From positions 1 to 53,745 of IMG/VR virus record IMGVR_UViG_3300010400_000009: a DNA stretch of 53,745 nt. One strand, written 5' to 3'. Below are positions 46,949 through 53,745 of this stretch, piece after piece (position 1 is the stretch's first letter; every line of letters starts with the position of its first letter). Position numbers and translations under genes: made by a program. The notes under the pieces were generated by a model that saw nothing but the letters and a program-made list of their open reading frames with translations, had not been told where the DNA came from and did not search any database. The DNA is from a virus. Its lineage: Duplodnaviria; Caudoviricetes.

Positions 46949-47766
46949 TAATTATTACCTCTTATCATTATAAATGGTGCAGGGTTAGGCATTCCAGCTA
47001 TAAATCCATCGTAGCATTTGCCGCTTAAATTTAAAGGAATGTAACTATCTGCGAAAATATCATAATTAGTGCTATTTAAACCGATTTTTACCTTAGGGAA
47101 TTTGAAAGTTACAAAATTATTGTCTGCTATATTCCTGCCCGCAATAACAAATGCTTTAAAATCGTTGTTTTGGTCTTGATACGGCGTAATTTGTGTATAT
47201 TCGCTCATTGTATAAGTTAAAGTTAAAGAAGCCGCAATATTAAAATCTTTAATAAAAACAATTCTATTTAATATTATTAAATAATCTATTCCCTGTATTA
47301 ACGCTTGAGATGTACTTGTGTTTACTATACTGACATTAGTTAAAGTACCATTTTTAATAATTGCAGTGTCTGCTGGTATATATGTGCTGTATAAATATTC
47401 TGTTACTGTGCTGGCTGTAATTGATGTAACACTTGCCCCTAAAAATAAGCTTAGGTTTTCATTGCTCCAGCATTCTGTTGTAATATCTATACTTACATTT
47501 TTTAACTTTTTACCTACAGAGGAATTGAAACTATTAATATCGGAGTTTATATCAATAGTTTCAATATTAATAACTGCACTAGCAACGCCAAGCTCCCGCC
47601 CAATATCAAACGCACTTATTGAATTAAGCGAAGTATTGCCATATATAGAACCATAGCTTGCACTATAGCCGTATTTACCCGCCCCCGCAGCGTAAGCGTC
47701 TAATAGATAGATAGTAGTTCTATCTAAAGCTATACAACAACTAGCCATTAGGTAGCTCCAACCCAA
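46948..47766 (-). CDS. Tail-tube-like paralogue
   Basis: Roughly collinear with 47748-48548 (CC near N-terminus, ENL.LF, GIDY, GRN.A). Confidence 0.55.
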   Translation of the reverse strand: MGWSYLMASCCIALDRTTIYLLDAYAAGAGKYGYSASYGSIYGNTSLNSISAFDIGRELGVASAVINIETIDINSDINSFNSSVGKKLKNVSIDITTECWSNENLSLFLGASVTSITASTVTEYLYSTYIPADTAIIKNGTLTNVSIVNTSTSQALIQGIDYLIILNRIVFIKDFNIAASLTLTYTMSEYTQITPYQDQNNDFKAFVIAGRNIADNNFVTFKFPKVKIGLNSTNYDIFADSYIPLNLSGKCYDGFIAGMPNPAPFIMIRGNN

Positions 47767-48548
47767 GTGCCATATTTAAAGTTATTTTTGCTATCAGGCT
47801 TTAATGTAGCCGTAACAGTAATTATATTTGCGTCATCGCCCGAAGCAATAAGCTCAAAGTTACCTGTTAAAGTTAAAGACGCTCGGTAAATTTCAACATA
47901 ATTTTGGTTTTGGTCTACCGCACTTGTATCACCTAATAAGTTCTGTGCGGATAAAAATATACGATAATCACCCGGAGGATTAACAAATAAATCTAATGAC
48001 GTTGTGCTTTGGCTGTTATATGTAACTTGAATGTTGTTAGCTCCTACGCCTGCTGTAATTGTAGGGTTAGGGATTGTACTTGTAGGCGGTATATAAATAG
48101 TAGATGTATCCATAATAATATAATCTGTACCTGCGACATAGGTTGGCGTACCGCTTGCCCCTTTTACAACAATTGTCGGATTTGTAGCCGCTGGTATACG
48201 TAACAATCTAAAATATTCGCCTTTATTTACTGCATATGTTTCAGTTTGTGCTCCTGCTGCGGTAGTAGCCGAGCTTGCAAATAAAGCTGTTTTTAAGTTA
48301 TCTAATTTATGACAACTTAATTGAAATTCTATAGATATTGCATTAATAAAGGGTTTGCTGCACTCTAAGCCTCTTGCTATAGTTTGTTTATTGATAATAT
48401 TGCCTAAAGTGGTGTTATCTGTTGTAATTGTTGCGGCAACTGTATTGCCTACATTTATATAACTATTAACTTTATTGTTAAAGTTATTATAATCTACCAT
48501 GTAAACGTTACCAACGCCTAAATAACAACATTGAGTAGTAATTGCCAT
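47748..48548 (-). CDS. Major tail tube protein
   Basis: YLGVGNVY, VGN, DNLKTALF, GTDY insert, VEIYRA. Confidence 0.7.
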   Translation of the reverse strand: MAITTQCCYLGVGNVYMVDYNNFNNKVNSYINVGNTVAATITTDNTTLGNIINKQTIARGLECSKPFINAISIEFQLSCHKLDNLKTALFASSATTAAGAQTETYAVNKGEYFRLLRIPAATNPTIVVKGASGTPTYVAGTDYIIMDTSTIYIPPTSTIPNPTITAGVGANNIQVTYNSQSTTSLDLFVNPPGDYRIFLSAQNLLGDTSAVDQNQNYVEIYRASLTLTGNFELIASGDDANIITVTATLKPDSKNNFKYGTWVGAT

Positions 48549-48559
48549 TTGTTAAATCC

Positions 48560-48868
48560 TTAAGCTGTGTAATTAATTAATATGTTTGGCTTTTCCTCGC
48601 CTGTTTCTGAAACTATAGGCTCTATAGCTGAATGTGGTAATATTGTTATGCTTGTGCCATTATGTGCAACTGCGTAATCAATTCCGTTTCTGTATAAAGT
48701 GCCTTTATCTAAACTTGTAACTAGAATAGTTGTGCCTGCTTTAAGCGGCGGTTCTAGCGGAATATCTTTGTAAGCACTAGCTATCGCTTGCAAATTTTTA
48801 TCTGTACTAGATATTGGTACGTCTTTTCTAACTGTTACATTTGTATTATTTTCTGCCATTTTTAACAA
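48560..48868 (-). CDS. Small structural protein sharing the G(T/I)DY domain of the tube
   Basis: LYRNGIDY...ITILPHSAI...NILINY matches tube TYVAGTDY...IYIPPTSTI...NIQVTY. Confidence 0.55.
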   Translation of the reverse strand: MLKMAENNTNVTVRKDVPISSTDKNLQAIASAYKDIPLEPPLKAGTTILVTSLDKGTLYRNGIDYAVAHNGTSITILPHSAIEPIVSETGEEKPNILINYTA

Positions 48869-49314
48869 CCTTTGCTAAGTTCAAAATCCATTCTAACCTG
48901 TAAAAAAGTGCTTTCTTGGTATTGTATCGGGGTAGTAGATAAATATTCAAAACTGCCAAATTCGCCCATATGTGCCTTTGGTACGTATGTTATTACCCCA
49001 TTTATTTTATTTTTAACGCCTATTAACGTGTCTTTGATTGCTTTAGCAATTGCCCCTGCTTCCTGCATTATTAATTCGGCTTGTCCTTGGCTGTTTCCAT
49101 GCTCAACATTAAAATATATAACCCAGTTTTGCACAATTTTATTCGGTGCTTCTCTTTGCTCATTTTTTAAATAAAAAAATATTCCGTTCCCAGTAGACTT
49201 TAATTCATCTGAGGGCGTACCCTCTAAAATCCAATCAATCCGCCTAATATTTAAAGCTTCTAAATATTCGCTTTCGCATAATCTTTTTTTAAGATGTAAA
49301 CCAAAATCAAACAT
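48862..49314 (-). CDS. Putative tail terminator/completion protein
   Basis: Position between adaptor and tube; size. Confidence 0.5.
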   Translation of the reverse strand: MFDFGLHLKKRLCESEYLEALNIRRIDWILEGTPSDELKSTGNGIFFYLKNEQREAPNKIVQNWVIYFNVEHGNSQGQAELIMQEAGAIAKAIKDTLIGVKNKINGVITYVPKAHMGEFGSFEYLSTTPIQYQESTFLQVRMDFELSKGC

Positions 49315-49823
49315 TATTTAAACCTTTTGTTATAATCCCAAACGCAAACATCATCGCAAGGCGTGCAATTATTAAAATAACTTTTAGGTTGCTCAACATT
49401 AACAACTATACCTGCGTACTCCTCATTACTGATTTTATCGGGTTCAATTCCATTATTACAAACTAAACCAACTTTACTGCTTTTTAAATCATCTAAAAAC
49501 TTAATAGCATTCTCATATCGATACTTAACTTCATCAGTCGACCTAGTTTCATAAAACATGAAAGTTGCAATCCATAATGCCGCATTTTTTAATAAAGCAG
49601 GAACGGAATTATCGGCACATTTTATTGGTAAAGTATAAACAGTATTAACTAAATAAGAGCTTATGATACCCTCGGCGTTTTCTATTGCTTGAAATATTTT
49701 GTCTTCATCAAAGTTATTCCCGTTTACTCTATCGCTAACTTGTGCTAATTTGTTACAACCTAAATATGTTTTTAGGTCTTCTGCTGATATATACCAGCCT
49801 TGAATGCTATTAATACTTGTCAT
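49314..49823 (-). CDS. Head-tail adaptor, Mu gp36/DUF1320-like
   Basis: YISAEDL, AIENAEGIISSYL..YTLP, RYENAIKFL. Confidence 0.85.
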   Translation of the reverse strand: MTSINSIQGWYISAEDLKTYLGCNKLAQVSDRVNGNNFDEDKIFQAIENAEGIISSYLVNTVYTLPIKCADNSVPALLKNAALWIATFMFYETRSTDEVKYRYENAIKFLDDLKSSKVGLVCNNGIEPDKISNEEYAGIVVNVEQPKSYFNNCTPCDDVCVWDYNKRFK

Positions 49824-49824
49824 A

Positions 49825-50940
49825 TTATGTTAAAACTTGTACGCCGAAAAATGTATTAGCATCGCCAAACATTAAAGGTGCGGTTTGTGTAATAATCTGC
49901 TCGCTATCTTTCTCTTCCCATTCATAAACAAATACACGTGAATTTGTTTGCCCTGTTTTTAATGCTTGTTTAGACTGAATTTTGCCCCAAGCCTTACCTA
50001 TTTGCACTTCCCCATTTTTACGACCAATAAATAATGCACGTTTAGCAGGCATAAATTTAGTATTTACATATTTAGGCGTACCGCCCGAAGTATCGTATTT
50101 TTGATACACGTCTTCATATACATGAATATTAATACTGCCTGTTGTAGAGTTGTCTAATTTAAATACACTTACGCCGTTATAAATAAATGGTAAAGGCGAA
50201 GGCATTTGTGCTGCCCAAGGCGTATTAGCTGGGCTGGTTGCAATAGCTGTAATTTGCGGATTTGACCTAAACGCCAACCATTCTGCTTGGTTCATAACAA
50301 TATCTGTTAAAAGTGCTCCGCTGGTATTTCGCATTAAATCTGCTACTTCTTGGATTGTGTCTAAGGGTTTGCCTGTAGAGGTATCCCATGCTTTTGTACC
50401 AGTAGCACCGCTTGTGCCGTAAGTTGTTAAAGCACTTTCGCGCGGGAATTGAATATATTCGCCGTTTGAATACGCCGATGATGTATCAATACCGCCCAAA
50501 TCTAATAATGAAACTGTTTGTTGCTCAAGTAAGTTAGAAACTGCGCGCCTATGTGCCGCTATAATTTTTAATTTGCCTAAATTATATCTAGCTGTATCAT
50601 CTGCAGCACTTGTCGACCAGCGACGTAATTTGCCGTCAATAAATAATGTAGTATTAAACACGTCGCACGCCGTAATAGCGTCTTCCATTTTTACATACGG
50701 AAGTTTAATTGCAAAACGTGTTCCGCCCTCTGCATAAATAGGCACGCCGTCCACACATGGCGACACATAAGGTGCAATTGTATTGCTTTCAAAAACTGTT
50801 GTAAAATCTAATATACTATCTTTATTTACAACGTCAATTTCATAACTGCTTGATAATAAATTGTTTAAGTATCCAGCTTGCGGCAAAGTTTTATCAAATA
50901 TGATTTCTAAGCCTTGTTCATTTATAATTTCTGTACGCAT
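49825..50940 (-). CDS. Major capsid protein (lambda gpE-like)
   Basis: IAPYVSPCVDG...PYVK and terminal QTAPL; 371 aa, after the decoration gene. Confidence 0.8.
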   Translation of the reverse strand: MRTEIINEQGLEIIFDKTLPQAGYLNNLLSSSYEIDVVNKDSILDFTTVFESNTIAPYVSPCVDGVPIYAEGGTRFAIKLPYVKMEDAITACDVFNTTLFIDGKLRRWSTSAADDTARYNLGKLKIIAAHRRAVSNLLEQQTVSLLDLGGIDTSSAYSNGEYIQFPRESALTTYGTSGATGTKAWDTSTGKPLDTIQEVADLMRNTSGALLTDIVMNQAEWLAFRSNPQITAIATSPANTPWAAQMPSPLPFIYNGVSVFKLDNSTTGSINIHVYEDVYQKYDTSGGTPKYVNTKFMPAKRALFIGRKNGEVQIGKAWGKIQSKQALKTGQTNSRVFVYEWEEKDSEQIITQTAPLMFGDANTFFGVQVLT

Positions 50941-50955
50941 AATTTCCCTTTAGAA

Positions 50956-51384
50956 TTAACCGTATAATTTAGTTGTATTAAATCCTTTAGACGCTAGCAA
51001 TGCTTTTACAGTATCGCTAAACGTGCCAACTGGGAATATTAATGCGTCTTGATTTAAGCCTTCTGCTTCAATATAAATAGTAGCTCGTGGCTGTCTTTTA
51101 GTTGCTGCGGTTGCTGTTAAATTATCTATATCATAAGCCACTAAACCTGTAATATCTGCGGCTGCTGGTAAAGCGTCTAACTTAGTAATTACGCCTGCAA
51201 CAACTTTTACAAACTCGCCTTCTACAAAAGAAGTATTGCTTGCAACTCCTAAATTCTCTAAAAATTTAACCTTGCCTTTTTTTAAAAAAAGACGTGTACC
51301 TAAAGAAACCGCCGAACCAATAAATGCCCCACCATCGCAGCAATCGGTCTTTATGTCATTAGGATTTAAATTTGTTATACTCAT
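50956..51384 (-). CDS. Head decoration protein
   Basis: Between protease and capsid; 142 aa. Confidence 0.65.
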   Translation of the reverse strand: MSITNLNPNDIKTDCCDGGAFIGSAVSLGTRLFLKKGKVKFLENLGVASNTSFVEGEFVKVVAGVITKLDALPAAADITGLVAYDIDNLTATAATKRQPRATIYIEAEGLNQDALIFPVGTFSDTVKALLASKGFNTTKLYG

Positions 51385-51420
51385 AACTAACCCTTATTAT
51401 TAAAAATCTACTGAAATCCA

Positions 51421-52365
51421 CTAAATAGAAACGGTTTTACTAGATAAATCTACTTTTAACCCGCCATAATTTAAAATTTTTGCGTCTTTCTCATCGCCTT
51501 TTAAGCCTTCATCTTTGCTTAAATCTATCTTAGGAATTTTAGACGTAAATTCTTTTGCCATTTGTTCCTGCTGTTCGTCGCCTAAACTAGCTAATGTTTT
51601 TAATACTTCATCAGATAATTTTAAACTTGCAAACTTTTCTTTTGTTTTTGAGTATTTTTGTTCTTGCTCTAATAAAGCCACTTTATCCGCTAAAACTTGA
51701 TTATCTGCTGCTAACTGAATATTTTTAGCTTCGGCAACGCTCAATTTTGCACTTAAAGTAGTATTAGTATCAGTTAAAGCGTTTAACTGTTCTTGCGTAA
51801 TAGTCATTTTTGATATTTCCTTTACATCTGATAAAATTTCTTTATTCATTTTTGTAACAAAAGTATTATTATCTGCACCAAAATTTACAAAGCTTATTTC
51901 CTGCAATACAACATCAACCAAAATAGCGTCTACCAACTGCGTTTTCCCATTGATAAAGCGTTCCTCTGTCTTTTCTAATTGAAGTAAATTACCGCTTACG
52001 CCAATAGAAAGTTGTATCGGGTGTCCTTGATTAATTAGGTCAATTGTAGCTTTTGCATAAGGTATATTATCAGAATTATATACAATTCCTTCCTCTACCT
52101 TTACATTACTATTAAATGAAACTTTTGCACGCCCGATTGCCGCACTATATTCGTTATGCCCCCATAATAGCGGGATTTCACTTGTTGTCTTGTTATAAGC
52201 CGAAACATTGCTTAAATCTATGCCTAGAATTCCAAACCATCTGTCTACCGCACCGCCTGTAAAAGCCATGCCGCTAAATTTTAGATTGCCTGTCTCTTCA
52301 TCAATAGACACTTCATTGGCTGAAACATCACGTAATAGACATTCATATACTTTTTTGTTACTCAT
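51421..52365 (-). CDS. Prohead protease with C-terminal scaffold
   Basis: PLLWGH, QLSIG, LQEISFVNFGAD; coiled-coil C-terminus. Confidence 0.85.
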   Translation of the reverse strand: MSNKKVYECLLRDVSANEVSIDEETGNLKFSGMAFTGGAVDRWFGILGIDLSNVSAYNKTTSEIPLLWGHNEYSAAIGRAKVSFNSNVKVEEGIVYNSDNIPYAKATIDLINQGHPIQLSIGVSGNLLQLEKTEERFINGKTQLVDAILVDVVLQEISFVNFGADNNTFVTKMNKEILSDVKEISKMTITQEQLNALTDTNTTLSAKLSVAEAKNIQLAADNQVLADKVALLEQEQKYSKTKEKFASLKLSDEVLKTLASLGDEQQEQMAKEFTSKIPKIDLSKDEGLKGDEKDAKILNYGGLKVDLSSKTVSI

Positions 52366-52394
52366 TATTTAAATAAAAAACACTGTATAAATGT

Positions 52395-52484
52395 ATTCTA
52401 CATTAAAATTTGTTTCATTTTTGCCATTTTTGAAACAACTTTGTTTCATTTTTGCCATTTTTGAAACATTTATTTTGCTATACT
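52395..52484. promoter_or_regulatory. Divergent late control region with twin 29-bp direct repeats
   Basis: TTTGTTTCATTTTTGCCATTTTTGAAACA at 52409-52437 and 52440-52468; leftward TAGAAT (52395-52400) and rightward TGcTATACT (52476-52484). Confidence 0.7.
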
Positions 52485-52511
52485 GACTTAATTACAACAT
52501 TGTTTTATAAA

Positions 52512-52859
52512 ATGAAACTCAAACATATTGATGTTAAAAAGGGCGATACCTTCGCTAGGCTTGGCAGGATTGCTATTGCTAACGCATTTGACGGCGGATA
52601 TGAAGACTTAACGGGTTGGACGGCTCAAGCACAATTAAGGCGTTTAGATTATTCTTTAATATCAACATTAAACGTAACTATTGGTGCAAGAGTAAATGCT
52701 AAATATTTTGGTATTACTATTACTTGCCCAGCCAGCGAAACTGCAAACTGGGCGGAAGGCGAGGCTATTATGGATATAGAATTCACGTCGCCCAGTTCAG
52801 AAGTTCAAAGTTCGCCAACATTTATAGTAAATATATTAAGAGATGTTACAGATGTCTAA
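52512..52859 (+). CDS. Virion structural protein, BppU-N-like (start reassigned to 52512)
   Basis: KKGDTF...DLTGWTAQAQLR...MDIEFT...V..DVT. Confidence 0.65.
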   Translation: MKLKHIDVKKGDTFARLGRIAIANAFDGGYEDLTGWTAQAQLRRLDYSLISTLNVTIGARVNAKYFGITITCPASETANWAEGEAIMDIEFTSPSSEVQSSPTFIVNILRDVTDV

Positions 52860-53073
52860 TAATTGCGATATTTCATTACAGCCAAGCACAATAGTAGCCG
52901 AGCTTATATTAGAGCCTAAATATCATGTATTGCTTGCCTTTGATGATGAAGACTTAGATTGTGAATTACCGCCTCGGCTAGAATTAGATTTATTCCCAGT
53001 ACTACCAATTAATAATGAAGAGGAGGAGTTTGACACAGACTTACTACTTTATTATAACATAGCTAAACTTTAA
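52843..53073 (+). CDS. Small acidic protein
   Basis: Coupled ORF ending DLLLYYNIAKL. Confidence 0.6.
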   Translation: MLQMSNNCDISLQPSTIVAELILEPKYHVLLAFDDEDLDCELPPRLELDLFPVLPINNEEEEFDTDLLLYYNIAKL

Positions 53074-53093
53074 CCTAAAAAGGAAGTAAAAAA

Positions 53094-53573
53094 ATGAGTT
53101 TACAAAACAGATTAACGCTTGTCGTTCAGGCAATCGGGGCGGATATTAAACAATTGTATTTAAATGACGGCGATTTAACTACGCTAAGCACTACTGATAA
53201 AACCAGTCTTGTAAATGCGATAAATGAAATTTATACTAATTTTGGCTCAATTACCGAAGTAGATGATACCGCACCGACAAGTAGTACAACCAAAACTTAC
53301 TCCGCAAGTAAGCTTACTGATTTATTACAAGATTTAAAAGATAGTATTTTAGGCGGTGCAAGCTCTGCTTATGATACTTTGCTAGAAATACAAAATCTTT
53401 TAGGAGATGACGCAACCGCAATTAGCGGCTTAATTACTGCTGTAGGTAATAAGGTAGATTACAGTGTTTCGCAGACGCTAAATTCCACGCAAAAACTTAC
53501 AGCTTCAACTAATATCGGCGTTGGCGACCCCGAAGTAGATTTATTAGCAATTTACACTACTGCAAAATCTTAA
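53094..53573 (+). CDS. Fibre-associated structural protein
   Basis: QAIGADIK, LSTTDKTSLVNAINE, GGASSAYDTLLEI. Confidence 0.7.
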   Translation: MSLQNRLTLVVQAIGADIKQLYLNDGDLTTLSTTDKTSLVNAINEIYTNFGSITEVDDTAPTSSTTKTYSASKLTDLLQDLKDSILGGASSAYDTLLEIQNLLGDDATAISGLITAVGNKVDYSVSQTLNSTQKLTASTNIGVGDPEVDLLAIYTTAKS

Positions 53574-53591
53574 TTTTTTAAAGGGTTACTA

Positions 53592-53745
53592 ATGAGTTTA
53601 GAGATAAGACTATCGGTATTCGCCGAGGCGGTAGGCTTTGATGTGAAAGCCTTAAACGCAAGCAGTGCTTTAAATGCAAATAATATTACTAATGTTAGTT
53701 CTAGTTTAAATATTGTTAGTAGCAACTTAAAAAGCGTATCGTCTA
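53592..53745 (+). CDS. 5' end of the heptad-repeat fibre gene (continues in 1-3296)
   Basis: ATG 53592 with AAGGG RBS, in frame with ORF 21-3296. Confidence 0.85.
   Translation, partial: MSLEIRLSVFAEAVGFDVKALNASSALNANNITNVSSSLNIVSSNLKSVSS

Noticed and set aside
53623-53745. Biological direct terminal repeat
   Set aside because: It falls mid-gene and is most simply an assembler circular overlap; packaging ends cannot be inferred from it.
1-53745. Alternative genetic code, diversity-generating retroelement or Mu-type transposition
   Set aside because: Core genes are intact in code 11 and there is no suppressor tRNA; no reverse transcriptase or DDE transposase motifs were seen.

Overview
The window is an apparently complete, circular, AT-rich dsDNA phage genome of about 53,622 bp; bases 53623-53745 repeat bases 1-123, most simply an assembly overlap. 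The virion genes suggest a siphovirus with Mu-like portal/gpF/gpG/gp36, a lambda-E-like capsid, a TP901-type tape measure protein, an NlpC/P60 protein, a J-like tip and a lambda-type GGGAAAG chaperone frameshift. I see no integrase. Instead there is a Rep_3 plasmid initiator with 4x22-bp iterons next to a lambdoid O/P-like pair, which points to a phage-plasmid. The SSB and Tim44-like proteins suggest a beta/gammaproteobacterial host (inference). Two systems stand out. (1) A promoter/operator-driven operon at 15025-17272 carries four tandem Y-RNA-like hairpins with a conserved scaffold and variable apical cargo, a modified initiator tRNA, tRNA-Asp, a tRNA-like RNA whose anticodon loop is replaced by a UUCG hairpin, a Ro60/TROVE protein and a coupled XRE regulator that seems to start at ATA. 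(2) Four perfect chromosomal-type parS sites (TGTTTCACGTGAAACA) occur with no parA or canonical parB gene, suggesting the element borrows the host ParABS/SMC machinery. Other notable items are a pseudoknot-capable leader RNA before the Bro-Rep operon, twin parS-half-site elements placed symmetrically between divergent late promoters, a stand-alone (p)ppGpp-hydrolase-like HD protein and a ~1100-aa Ser/Asn heptad fibre. All calls come from reading motifs by eye; no searches or folding programs were run.
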